Below the pieces are notes generated by a model. It had not been told where the DNA came from. It saw only the letters and a program-made list of their open reading frames with translations, and did no database searches. Below, piece after piece: positions 9,769 through 19,772 of a DNA stretch of 64,000 bases; position 1 is the first letter of the stretch; each line of letters starts with the position of its first letter. Position numbers and translations under genes: made by a program. The DNA is from Mesorhizobium sp. (GTDB taxonomy: Bacteria; Pseudomonadota; Alphaproteobacteria; Rhizobiales; Rhizobiaceae): NCBI RefSeq assembly GCF_004962925.1, contig NZ_SUEO01000001.1, positions 109,164-173,163 on the forward strand, read 5' to 3'.

Positions 9769-10579
9769 GTGTCAGTCATGAATCTCCTGACTGGCGCGGA
9801 TCAGGCCGATTGGCGGGATGAAAGATCATACGACTACACCGCTGGCCTGACGCTGCGGGAGTGGGCTTGGGAGTTCTTACGCCGCAACCCGGCGTTCCAG
9901 CGCGATCTGACCGCTGCGCGCCAGCATTGCAAGACTTGGTCTCTCCAGCCCTTTCTCGATATGGTCGCGTCGGCCGGCGACCTGTCACGCTGGGGTGTTC
10001 TGTTTCGCGGAGTCTTGTGGCCGCGCTTCGGTCGTATTCTGGTGTCCGCTCTGGTGCGTCCATGTGCTGCCGGTCATTGCGGAATGGTTGCCTGCCTCGT
10101 CGCCGACACCGCCGTTCGAACTCTCGGCATTGCCCTGTCGTGCAACCGTCCTTCTGGCGCCCGACAAGAGCCAGCATGTTCTTCTTCGCAATGCGGACCA
10201 CGCGCTGCAGCTCGCCGTCTCGGGCGCGAATATCCTCCACCCTGTTTGCCTGCATACGCAAGCCATCTGGCCCGCGGTGCTTTTAAAGCATCGACTGAGG
10301 GGACTGGAGTGCCTCAATGCTCTCAGTCTAGGGCAACAATTGCCCCCCCGCTTGTTTGCGCCGGAAAAGCGCGGCGTCCGTTTGTCCTTCGTTCTTCGTG
10401 CGCTCGACGGTTCGCTCGCCGGAGCACCACATCGCGAGCTCGCCGGGGTTCTCATCGGTCAACGGCGCGTCCATGCCGACTGGGCGGATCCTCGCGATCA
10501 TCTGCGCGACCGCATCCGTCGGGCCGTCTCGCGTGGCCGCGCGCTCATGAATGGTGGTTACAGAGATTTCCTAATTTGA
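9769..10579 (+). CDS. FseA-like regulator (N-terminal DUF6499-like, C-terminal DUF2285-like). The two halves are in different frames and need a +1 shift at about 10003-10007.
   Basis: Frame 1: WRDERSYDYTAGLTLREWAWEFLRRNPAFQRD...DLSRWGVLF. Frame 2, from about 10007: AESCGRASVVFWCPLWCVHVLPV...LRALDGSLAGAPHRELAGVLIGQRRVHADWADPRDHLRDRIRRAVSRGRALMNGGYRDFL. It may equally be a dead gene. Confidence 0.55.
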
Positions 10580-11377
10580 AAAGCGACAGTCCGCGCTTGT
10601 GCGTCGGTGGATGAACGTTCGCTCGCAGCTGTACCCGTCACCAACAGTTCGCCGGCCGACAGGAGGACTGCATGGCGCCTTGCAAGGTGCGCTCTAGTGT
10701 CTAGCTTGTCGATGCCGAAATGAGAATCGGCGAGGGTGCCAAGGCGGTGGTTCATTAGGGTCGGCCTCGACCTGGACCCACATCAGTGGTCGGAAAGCAG
10801 CGTGCACCGCAATGTCGCCATAGCAGCCAAGATCCTTTGAGTCCGGGCATGCAGACCTGTTGGACCGGCGATCGTTGAAGGTGCAACTGTATGGAGGGAT
10901 TTAAAGCTTAACACTGTCCCCTGGACCGACAGCTCGGTCAGACATCGCACCCACCGCTTGATTATGGAAATGGTGTGCCTGGAGTCCAGCGGGTAGCGCT
11001 TGCTGCGCACTGTCCTACGAGTAGCAATCATGACCCGTCTGGGATCTGCAACACGACGATTCAACGGCTTGGGCATTGTCGAATATCCCACAATGTAGAG
11101 TGCGGACAGGGCAGAAGCTGATCCATCGGCTGTTTATCGATGCTTTTTGCCTTGGCACGGCACATGCAACGCAATCGGCAAAAGGCGCACGTACTGAGTG
11201 GCCCATCGGCCCTAGGAGCGCTGACTTATGCCCTCCCAAGGCATGTCCGGCCCGGCAGCGAGCTCAGTCTCCTGCCGGGCATCCGTGTTTCAGGTCAACG
11301 GCGTTTGAACTTCAAATTAGGTGGCGGCATTGACCGCAGGCCGCCCCCCGGTGGGCGGAGAGACAGTGCAGCAGGTT

Positions 11378-12835
11378 TCAAATCCCGCCCATGCAAAGAT
11401 ATTTCATTTCCAGATAGTCCTCGAGGCCATGGCGGGAACCCTCCCGCCCGATGCCGGATTGTTTGATACCGCCAAACGGTGCCGCCTCCGAGGACATGCG
11501 TCCCGTGTTGATGCCAACCATGCCATATTCCAGAGCCTCTGCCACACGCCAGACCCGCTTCAGGTTTGAGGCATAGAAGTATGCGGCGAGGCCGTAGATC
11601 GTGTCATTGGCCTCGCGCACGACCTGGTCCGCATCGTTGAAGCGAATGATCGGCGCCAGCGGCCCGAATGTCTCCTCTTGCGCGACTGCCATGACGCTGG
11701 AAATCTCGGTGAGGACCGTGGGTTCGAAAAACGTGCCATTCTTGCCGATACGTTGGCCCCCACATCGTATTGTGCCGCCTTTCGCAATGGCATCTGCGAT
11801 GTGAGACTCGATCTTGGCCAGAGCATGCCTGTCGATGAGCGGTCCGATGTCTACTCCGGCACCGAATCCGTCGCCAACCGACAAGTGCCGGACTTTCTCC
11901 ACGAACTTCTCGACGAACTCATCGTGAACGCTCGATTGGACGTAAATACGGTTCGCCGAAACGCAGGTCTGGCCGGCATTGCGAAACTTCGCCTGGATCG
12001 CACCGTCAACAGCAGCGTCGATGTCGGCATCATCGAAGATGATGAAAGGTGCGTTGCCGCCGAGCTCAAGGCTAACCTTCTTGATCTGGTCAGAGCACTG
12101 ACGCATCAGCAGCCGCCCGACCTCGGTCGAACCGGTGAAGCTGATCTTGCGGATCTTGGAATTGGTGCAGAGTTCACGGCCGACGCGATCACCTTCGGAC
12201 GCATAGATCAGGTTGACTACGCCATCGGGAAAGCCGGCCTGATGGGCAAGGGCGAACATTGCGCCAGCCACGAGCGGCGTCTGTTCAGCGGGCTTGAGCA
12301 CGATCGTGCAGCCCGCAGCCAAGGCCGGCGAGATCTTGCGCGCCACCATGGAGGCCGGGAAATTCCATGGCGTGATCGTGCCAACAACGCCGATGGGCTG
12401 CTTGATCACTAGCATTCGGCGGTCTGTCGAGGGTGCCGAGATCGTCTCGCCATAGACGCGATTGGCCTCCTCGGCATACCATTGCAGATACGCCGCCGCA
12501 TGCGATACCTCTGACATGGCTTCGGCAAGCGGCTTGCCCATTTCCGCAGTCAGAATCGCGGCGAGATCGCCTGCATGGTCGATGATCAGCTGATGCCATC
12601 GCCAAAGAACGTCGCTGCGCTCTCGGGCAGTCAACGCGGCCCATCCCGACTGCGCAACATAGGCCTTGTCTACCGCAGCACGTGTCTCCTCCACGCCCAT
12701 ATCGGGAAGCTCTGCCAAAACTTCGCCGGTCGACGGATTGACGACCTCGAACGTCTTATTGCCAACCGGTCTGCCAAGTGCCGGCAGGCGGTCGATGGCT
12801 CCAAACAGGTGCGGGGATTTCAGACGGCGGATCAT
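11378..12835 (-). CDS. gabD: NAD(P)-dependent succinate-semialdehyde dehydrogenase
   Basis: Aldehyde dehydrogenase motifs are present: TPWNFP, KPAEQTPL, FTGSTEVG, ELGGNAP, catalytic NAGQTCVSANR, EETFGP. I chose the start at ATG 12835 (MIRRLKSPHLF..., 485 aa) rather than the 629-aa track ORF. Confidence 0.85.
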   Translation of the reverse strand: MIRRLKSPHLFGAIDRLPALGRPVGNKTFEVVNPSTGEVLAELPDMGVEETRAAVDKAYVAQSGWAALTARERSDVLWRWHQLIIDHAGDLAAILTAEMGKPLAEAMSEVSHAAAYLQWYAEEANRVYGETISAPSTDRRMLVIKQPIGVVGTITPWNFPASMVARKISPALAAGCTIVLKPAEQTPLVAGAMFALAHQAGFPDGVVNLIYASEGDRVGRELCTNSKIRKISFTGSTEVGRLLMRQCSDQIKKVSLELGGNAPFIIFDDADIDAAVDGAIQAKFRNAGQTCVSANRIYVQSSVHDEFVEKFVEKVRHLSVGDGFGAGVDIGPLIDRHALAKIESHIADAIAKGGTIRCGGQRIGKNGTFFEPTVLTEISSVMAVAQEETFGPLAPIIRFNDADQVVREANDTIYGLAAYFYASNLKRVWRVAEALEYGMVGINTGRMSSEAAPFGGIKQSGIGREGSRHGLEDYLEMKYLCMGGI

Positions 12836-13259
12836 CGGCAGGCACAGGGGCAATACCGGATTCCTCCTCAACGCAGCGAACATCCAGGTCGACAGGCCGT
12901 CGGTGTGTATTCTGCACCAGCGGGTTCGTCCTAGGGCCTCGGCAAAGCAGTTGGTAGACCAAACATACGACAACAGTTCCGTTAGTTTGAGTGCCCGCGG
13001 TTCATCAGTTGATGGATTGAGCAGCCGGATGTTTGCTTCATCCACCCGCTGCCTGCTGGTGGCGTGCGAGTGTATTCTGCAAAAGGCGGCATACATGCTG
13101 AGGAGCGCCATTTCGGCGAGAGGCCGCCGGACCGCCAATGCCGCGCAAGGTCGGCGAAAACGACTCCGCGCGTCTGCATGATCTGCTTGGCCCACGGGCC
13201 TCCACATTCGCTCTTCCCACGAGAAGCCCCGATGAAGAAGGAAGGTGAGATGAGTTTCT

Positions 13260-15935
13260 TTACTCATCCTTGCCGCCCAGCGGCGGGCCGACCACCAAAA
13301 TGGCGGGCTCGGCCGAAAGCAGCTTTTTGGCCGCCGCCTTGACCTGTTTGAGCGTCACCCGACCGATGCTGCGGGCGCGACGCTGGTTGTAGTCGACGTC
13401 GGCCTTGTGAATCTGCAAATCCAGGAGCCGGTCTGCAATCGAGCGGGTCGAGCCCAGTTGGTCGATGGCATAGGCGCCGATCAGGTGCTTCTTCGCCGCC
13501 TTGAGCTCGGCCCCGGTCGGTCCTTGCTGCGCCATCTGCTTTACCACATCTCGCACGATGCTCAGTGTTTGGGCAGCGCAGTCCGAGCGTGTCTCTGTCG
13601 TAACCAGAAGCGAGTCAAGGGTTAGTTCAGAGCTGACGTGATAGGCAAGGCCGCGTTTTTGACGTACCTCCTCGTAAAGGCGGGAAGTCAAGTATGAGCC
13701 GCCAAGGATGTCGTTCAGCAGCACGGCCGCGTAGAAATCCGGCGCGCTAGGCTTCACGCCAGGCCAGGCCAACGTCAGCGAAGTCTGCGGCAGGTCGTAG
13801 TTCTCCTCCACCAGTTGACCGAGTTTCGGCGCGACATCGTAGACGGGGACGAGGGTTTGTTGCTCAGGCAAATCACCAAACAGCTGGTCAAGCCTTTCCC
13901 TCAACGTGTTCGCGTCAATGTCACCCACCACGGCAATATGGAGCCCGTCGCGAGCGAAAATGGCCTGGTGGAAGGCGCGGAGGTCGGACGGCGTGATGCC
14001 GGGGAGGCTCTCTTTTGTGCCTTCTCCCGGCCTTGAACAAGGATGCGCGCCATAGATCGCGCGCAGCCATTTGCGCTGAGCGATGGCGTTAGGGTCTCGC
14101 TCGCTGCCGACGATGCGGGAGACAATCTCGGCGCGGACGCGATCGATCGGCCCCTGGTCGAAGCGCGGCGCGTTCAGCGCGAGCCGAAGCAGGCCGAACG
14201 CCGCGTCCTGCTTTTTGGAAAGCATGCACACCGATCCGTAGATGTCGTCGCTTTGCGCGTCCAAACTCATTTCGGCGCCGGAATGGTCGACCTTCACCTG
14301 GAAGGCATCGCTGTCGTAATGGCCAGCGCCTTCGATGAACAGGCCGGCCATCAGTTTGGCCATCCCCTCCTTCCCGACCGGGTCCTGCTTGGTGCCGCCC
14401 TTGAAGGCAAAGCCGATGTTGACGATTTCCACTGTGTGGTCCTCCACCAGCCAGGCGATGATGCCCTTTTCGGACTTCACCTCCTGGATGTTCATCGCAG
14501 CATGGGGCCGAGCGCCGAGCGTCATCTCTTGATTCTGCGTCTTGGGCAAGAGATAGCCCGTGGTCGAACGGTCGAACGCGAGATAGTGGGCGGCAACTGC
14601 TTTGATTTGCTCGGGGGTAACCTTGCGGATGCGATTCGGCCGTTCCTCGACATCCTTCACGGTACCGCCGGTGGCCAGCGACGAGCCGTAGATGCTGGCG
14701 AGCCAGTCCAGGTTGTCTTCGGCAAAGATCATATTGCGCAAATAGTGGTCCTTGGCCTTGCCTAGTTCCTCGTTGCTGACACCATCCTCGGCAATGCGGG
14801 CAACTTCGGCAGCGGCCGCCGCTTCGAGATCGGCCAGCTTGGCATCGCCGCGCGGCGCGCCATAGATGGCGAACTTGGTGTCGTCGAGCATAGTGCCCTG
14901 GAAAAAGACGCGGGCGCTGGAAGCGATACCTTGCTGGACAGCGAGCGCCTGGTAGAGCCGGCCGCGGTTACCGCCGCCGAGAATTTCGGCCAGCAGGTCG
15001 AGCGCTTCGGCCTCGCCCGGCTTGGCGGTATGGTAGGACGGCACCACCCACTGCGTCGAAAAACTGGGCACGCTGACGCGGGCGTCTGAGAGCGTGACGG
15101 TGCGCCTGGTGTTCTGCTCGGGCTCAACCGGCCGGATGCGCGGCGGCAGGTCAGGTCCGCGCGCCACCTTGCCATAGGTCTTCTCGGCCAGCACCTTCAC
15201 CGTCTCCGGCTCGACATCGCCGGCCACGATCAGCACGGAGTTGTTGGGCCAGTAGTACTTTTCATAGAAGACGGTGGCGTCGACGCGGTTCAGCTGCTCG
15301 ATCTCCTGCATCCAGCCGATGATCGGGATGCGATAGGGGTGGTTCTGCCACAGCGTCGCGTCGATCTCCTCATGGAGAACGTCCTGCGGGTTGGTGTCGG
15401 TGCTTGAGCGGCGCTCCTCGATGACCACATCGCGCTCGGTCTTGACGACATCGTCGGTCAGGATGAGGTTTCGCATTCGGTCGGCCTCGAAGCTCATCAT
15501 CAGCTCGAGCGCCGACGGCGCCACTGTCTGATAGAAGGCGGTGTAGTCGGAGGAGGTGAAGGCGTTGTTGGAGCCGCCGATCTCGAACACTGCGCGGTCG
15601 AATTCGCCGCCCGCATGGTTGGTCGTCGCCTTGAACATCAGATGCTCGAAGAAATGGGCGATGCCGGATTTGCCCGGCGGCTCGTCGGCGCTGCCGATCT
15701 TGTACCACACCATGTGGGTGACGATCGGCGCCCGGTGGTTGGGAATGACGACCACCTCCATGCCGTTGTCGAGCACGAAATCCCTCGCCTTGCCGTCCTC
15801 CCATGCGACGGGGATCGGAGCCGGCCCCGCGCCGACCAACTCGGACGCAACGGACGTCCTGCGAAGCCCATGAGTGCGGGGCTTGCTTGGTAGTTCTGAT
15901 AGGGAGAGTGGGGTTATGGGCTGCGTTCCTGGCAA
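13260..15935 (-). CDS. Double-unit M16 (pitrilysin/insulinase) family zinc peptidase, 891 aa
   Basis: Inverted zinc motif HFFEHLMFK in the first unit. The second unit is M16-like but inactive. The track start is a TTG, so the start is uncertain. No signal peptide is visible. Confidence 0.85.
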   Translation of the reverse strand: MPGTQPITPLSLSELPSKPRTHGLRRTSVASELVGAGPAPIPVAWEDGKARDFVLDNGMEVVVIPNHRAPIVTHMVWYKIGSADEPPGKSGIAHFFEHLMFKATTNHAGGEFDRAVFEIGGSNNAFTSSDYTAFYQTVAPSALELMMSFEADRMRNLILTDDVVKTERDVVIEERRSSTDTNPQDVLHEEIDATLWQNHPYRIPIIGWMQEIEQLNRVDATVFYEKYYWPNNSVLIVAGDVEPETVKVLAEKTYGKVARGPDLPPRIRPVEPEQNTRRTVTLSDARVSVPSFSTQWVVPSYHTAKPGEAEALDLLAEILGGGNRGRLYQALAVQQGIASSARVFFQGTMLDDTKFAIYGAPRGDAKLADLEAAAAAEVARIAEDGVSNEELGKAKDHYLRNMIFAEDNLDWLASIYGSSLATGGTVKDVEERPNRIRKVTPEQIKAVAAHYLAFDRSTTGYLLPKTQNQEMTLGARPHAAMNIQEVKSEKGIIAWLVEDHTVEIVNIGFAFKGGTKQDPVGKEGMAKLMAGLFIEGAGHYDSDAFQVKVDHSGAEMSLDAQSDDIYGSVCMLSKKQDAAFGLLRLALNAPRFDQGPIDRVRAEIVSRIVGSERDPNAIAQRKWLRAIYGAHPCSRPGEGTKESLPGITPSDLRAFHQAIFARDGLHIAVVGDIDANTLRERLDQLFGDLPEQQTLVPVYDVAPKLGQLVEENYDLPQTSLTLAWPGVKPSAPDFYAAVLLNDILGGSYLTSRLYEEVRQKRGLAYHVSSELTLDSLLVTTETRSDCAAQTLSIVRDVVKQMAQQGPTGAELKAAKKHLIGAYAIDQLGSTRSIADRLLDLQIHKADVDYNQRRARSIGRVTLKQVKAAAKKLLSAEPAILVVGPPLGGKDE

Positions 15936-16144
15936 AGTGATCTGTTCCTCATTTTGAAGGATCTATGTCTCCCGAACGCCTATTGGGAGAAAGTGGATCG
16001 GCACGCGACGCCGAGCCACATGAGCCGTCAGCGTGTTGCTGGGCCTGACGCGAGCCTCATCTTTGGATGCGTCCGGGAAACTTTCGGCATGGTGAGGCCA
16101 TGGGAAGTCTGCTCGTTATCCATTGGGTGTTTGCGGATACCTGA

Positions 16145-16160
16145 GCATGCCCCGTGCCAA
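16145..16160 (-). promoter_or_regulatory. Candidate sigma-54 promoter facing the M16 peptidase gene
   Basis: The minus strand reads TGGCAC-GGGGC-ATGCT with GG-N10-GC spacing conserved. It lies about 200 bp upstream of the ORF start at 15935. Confidence 0.45.
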
Positions 16161-16219
16161 GTAAGAAAGCCCCGATTCGCAAGGTTTGATCCAACCTTGA
16201 TACTTGCGATATCCGACAT

Positions 16220-16235
16220 TGTCGGGCATCCGACA
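16220..16235 (-). promoter_or_regulatory. Candidate NifA UAS (TGT-N10-ACA), perfect palindrome
   Basis: TGTCGGGCATCCGACA lies about 70 bp upstream of the -24 element at 16145-16160. Confidence 0.45.
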
Positions 16236-17787
16236 GAAAGCGCCTTTCGCCGGCGCGCCGGCTATGACGCTCGCCTCCTCCGGCGTGACGACGATCCTTT
16301 GGCGGGCGCCGCGCACACCGATCTGCCCGCCTATCAGCACCGCGACATCGAAGGACAGCGCGATCGTGACTGGATGGGTCTTACGCAAACATGCAGCAGT
16401 GCCACCGCGATGGACTTCATCCGCCCCACAAAGCCCCGAGCGCGAGGGACGACGTGTAAGGCAACATGTCATCCTCGATAATGATGCCGCGCATAAAGAG
16501 GTAAGGTCCCTCGTCGTACCGGCGAGCCCCTTCGCGGGGTCTCGCGAGGGTCTGGTTTGCGAACGTCGACCGACAGCATCACGGCATGGGCGGCCCCATC
16601 GGTAGGCAAGCATTGACCGTGCCACCAGCGTTGAGGCAGCGCAGAGCCCAATTTCCCGGTGCCAGCCGGTACGTTGGAGCTTCAACTGTGGCCAGCCAAG
16701 CGGGCCGAGGCCGTGAAACTCCTGATACCCTGGACCGTCCGGATTGCAACGCACGACGCCTTGGTCTCGCGCCAACGTCCATTGACGCTCAGCGAAGCAT
16801 CATGCGGACGATCTGGGAAAGCTTGGCCGGGCCGGCGCCTTCCCAGGCGCACGGGACGCGCGACGACCCATGTGGACCTTGGATTTCACTCCGCACTTAC
16901 GCTGCTTTGGCCTTGTCAGCAGCCTGAGCATAAAGCGTGCTCAGCTTTCAGGGCGAGCCTCTTTCATGTTGATAGCATCTGTCGTCATTCAGGATCGCCC
17001 CATTTTCGCATGCCGCTTGCAGCTTTCAGGCTGTTGTCAGCCAGGGCCGCCATAAAGGGTCTCGTTTAACGACATTCGGGAGGCTTCATGACTCGACCAC
17101 ATTAATTTCGGGCGGTTCGCCGGCGCTCCGAATGGCACTTAACACCAGATCCTCTCCAAACCCGTGATGATCCAAGAGGAAAACGAAAAATCCCTAAATC
17201 AGAAAAAAGCACCGATACGGTCGGCTCCAGGCTGATGAAATTGCGGTCTCACTGGCCACGCACGATACTTGCGATGGCGATGGCCATTGCAAAGGCCGGT
17301 CAAGCACCCAAGACGCTGACAAGCACGCCTCCGACCAAAGCTCGATCGTTGGCAACCTTTCTAGCCGTATACTTGGGGCATTTTGGGACGGCCACCCGGA
17401 CGCCGATTAAAACCTGCCGGTCGTCTAAATGGAATGGTTGGTCCGGGTCCTTACTGGACCTGCGCCAACCCGATCGGGCCGGCGCACAGGGGCACCCAGA
17501 CAATTGGACACGTCGCCTTTGCGCGGCGGCTTGCACTTTCTCGGATGGCCTTTTTTCTCCCCGGGCGAAATCGAGCGAGCGGTGAGGCGGAGCCTTCGAT
17601 TTTGCCGATCATGTCGTGTCGCTTCGATCGAACTGCCCAGACGATGATAGCGGCATTGTTGCCGCGGCCGAAATGCGTTGTGTGAAGTACGATTTCTACG
17701 CCGTATACATACTGCCGTACAGTTCGCCATGTCAGCAGCCTTGCCAGCAATCCGCCCTGTGTCCAACTGTCGTCGAATTCACCGGTG

Positions 17788-19116
17788 TCATTGAGGAATT
17801 CGTATGATCGCCTCGAAACCATCATTGCGACCGCGGGCGGGCGACGCAAGCTCTAGACTGCCACCGATCCGCTGGATAACCATGTTAGCGATATGTAGAC
17901 CAAGGCCTGAGCCCGCAGCAGGAGTAGCACCACGACTAAATCGCTTTGTAAGCCCTTCGAGGTCGGGGAGGGGCACCACCGGTCCGGCGTTTGCAATAGC
18001 GATGGTTCCATCAGTTTGGACGGAAACTGTTGTCGGAACAGTGGCCAGTCCATGTATCAGCGCATTCTCGATCAGGTTACGAAGGAGGATCCCAAACGCA
18101 TCGACATCCACTTTGCGCATCAAAGTGGGGCAGCCGTCGACGTTAAGATGCAGGCGTCCGGCATATTGCGGCTTTTTCCTCAGGTCGTCGATTTCCAGCC
18201 GAACCGATCGGACAAGATCGATCGCGTGATCCGCCATGCCAACCCCCGATTCAGCTTGAGCGAGCTGAAGCACTTTTTCGACAAGGCGGCCAAGGCTCGA
18301 CAGCGCTTGCTCGATGCCGCGCGCACGCATTTTGGCCGACCCATTGGGGAGCTCGGCCACTAATCTCTGCATCTGAGCGATTGAACCTGCGATCGGCGTG
18401 CGCAGTTCATGCGCACTGTTTGCGGCGAACTCGCGTTCGGCCTCGAGAGCCGCCCGCAGACGATCGAGAAGCCGATTGACGGATGCCGCGATTGGAGCCA
18501 ACTCTGCCGGGAAATCGCTCAAGTCCATTGGTGACAGATTGCCGCCGTCGCGCGATCCGATCTGCTGTCGCAGTACCTCGATTGGCCGCAGCGAGCGCCG
18601 GATCACGATCCACCAAACAGCTAAGCTAAAGGGCAGGAGCACGAGTGTCGGAAGGAAGACAAAAAGTGCGCCCTTCGCGATTGTGGTACGGCGGCCATCA
18701 AGCGGTTCGGCCAACTGATGATACACGCCGTCTTGGATCTGCTCTGTGTAGACGCGGTAATCAGCGTTTCCCCAAAAGCCGTTACTCAGGGGAGCATCAG
18801 GGAAGGGCTGCTGACCCTCTTCCGGTTCAGAAATAAGCACTACCCCGTACTTATTAATAACCTGCTCACGATAGGTCCAGTACTTTTCATAAGTTGGCAA
18901 GTGGTTATTGTATTGATCAACGTGTTTTCCATTCAAGACCTTGATCAGCTCTGGTTGTCTGTACTTTGCGCTCGCCTGGAGCAAGTCATCCGAACTTTCG
19001 TTTACATTATTGCAAAAAATGAACGCAGCAATGGTTGGGGCGGCGATCCAAACCAGGAGCGTTGCCCCGCCTAACCACGATATCAGCTTTCTCGTCATGC
19101 TGTTCGAGTTCGTCAT
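17788..19116 (-). CDS. Sensor histidine kinase (two TM segments, periplasmic domain, HisKA plus HATPase)
   Basis: H-box FAANSAHELRTPI. N, G1 and G2 boxes: NLIENALIHG, IANAGP, GSGLGLHI. Overlaps the response-regulator stop by 4 nt. Confidence 0.85.
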   Translation of the reverse strand: MTNSNSMTRKLISWLGGATLLVWIAAPTIAAFIFCNNVNESSDDLLQASAKYRQPELIKVLNGKHVDQYNNHLPTYEKYWTYREQVINKYGVVLISEPEEGQQPFPDAPLSNGFWGNADYRVYTEQIQDGVYHQLAEPLDGRRTTIAKGALFVFLPTLVLLPFSLAVWWIVIRRSLRPIEVLRQQIGSRDGGNLSPMDLSDFPAELAPIAASVNRLLDRLRAALEAEREFAANSAHELRTPIAGSIAQMQRLVAELPNGSAKMRARGIEQALSSLGRLVEKVLQLAQAESGVGMADHAIDLVRSVRLEIDDLRKKPQYAGRLHLNVDGCPTLMRKVDVDAFGILLRNLIENALIHGLATVPTTVSVQTDGTIAIANAGPVVPLPDLEGLTKRFSRGATPAAGSGLGLHIANMVIQRIGGSLELASPARGRNDGFEAIIRIPQ

Positions 19117-19772
19117 GTGACCACGAGCCTGTATCCGAAGCCACGCACGGTTGCTATTCTATCCCCGCCGATCTTCTTGCGGAGCCGGCTGACATAAACC
19201 TCCACTGTGTTGCTCTCGAACTCCGAATTGAATGAATAAAGCGCGTGCTCGATCTTCCCCTTTGAAACGACCGAACCGGGCTGGCGTAGAAGGCAGTCGA
19301 GCACCGCCCATTCGCGTCCAGACAGGTGGACCTCCTGCCCGTCGCGGAAGAGGCGTCGCTCGGCTGCCTGTATGGAAAGCGTCCCAACCGAAAATTGCGG
19401 CTCCGGAAAATGCCCTTGGCGACGTGCCACTGCACGGATGCGTGCCGAGAGTTCCCCCAGATCGAACGGCTTGACCAAATAGTCGTCGGCGCCAGCGTTG
19501 AGCCCCTCGATGCGATGCGAAATCCGATCGCGGGCTGTCAGAATGATGACCGGCGTTGTATCAAGCCCCTTGATCAGCTCCCGCAGATAGTCGATGCCAT
19601 TGCCGTCCGGCAGGTGAACGTCGAGCAAAATAACGTCGTAGCCGGCCACAGCTGCATGAACGCGCGCTCTGGACAGGTCCTCGGCCCAGTCGACCGCGTG
19701 GCCACCAGCCACCAAATGATCGTGCACAGCACTTCTAAGGTCGTCGTCGTCTTCAATGAGCAGTATTCGCAT
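19113..19772 (-). CDS. OmpR-family response regulator
   Basis: Receiver MRILLIEDDDDL...VILLDVHLPDGNG...DDYLVKPF. Winged helix VEVYVSRLRKKIG...IATVRGFGYRL. Confidence 0.9.
   Translation of the reverse strand: MRILLIEDDDDLRSAVHDHLVAGGHAVDWAEDLSRARVHAAVAGYDVILLDVHLPDGNGIDYLRELIKGLDTTPVIILTARDRISHRIEGLNAGADDYLVKPFDLGELSARIRAVARRQGHFPEPQFSVGTLSIQAAERRLFRDGQEVHLSGREWAVLDCLLRQPGSVVSKGKIEHALYSFNSEFESNTVEVYVSRLRKKIGGDRIATVRGFGYRLVVT

Noticed and set aside
9769-10614. Single 281-aa ORF as given by the ORF track
   Set aside because: Only the first ~78 codons look like a real protein (DUF6499-like). The remainder is Arg/Ala/Ser-rich nonsense, while the +1 frame carries a clear DUF2285-like domain. I read it as a split FseA-like gene.
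11153-11168. Sigma-54-like TGGCAC-GGCAC-ATGCA on the plus strand
   Set aside because: It points into the antisense of gabD with no downstream gene. The nearby TGT...ACA has N9 spacing, not N10.
10600-11377. Region with several 60-110-aa ORFs on both strands and a weak hairpin (11341-11362) after gabD
   Set aside because: No frame shows protein-like sequence that I can recognise. The hairpin has only a 6-bp stem and no T tract.
11365-11392. GGTTTCAAATCCCGCCC resembling a tRNA T-arm
   Set aside because: No matching acceptor or anticodon stems, and the sequence is the gabD C-terminus and stop on the other strand.
11378-13267. 629-aa version of the aldehyde dehydrogenase ORF
   Set aside because: Homology to GabD begins at MIRRLK (ATG 12835). 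The 144-codon extension has no protein-like character and would overlap the end of the M16 gene.
17451-17849. 132-aa minus-strand ORF immediately downstream of, and overlapping, the histidine kinase gene
   Set aside because: Part of it (…RTVRQYVYGVEIVLHTTHFGRGNNAAIIVWAVRSKRHDMIGKIEG…) looks protein-like. But I recognise no family, the start is unclear and it overlaps the kinase stop by 30-60 nt. Support is too weak to annotate.
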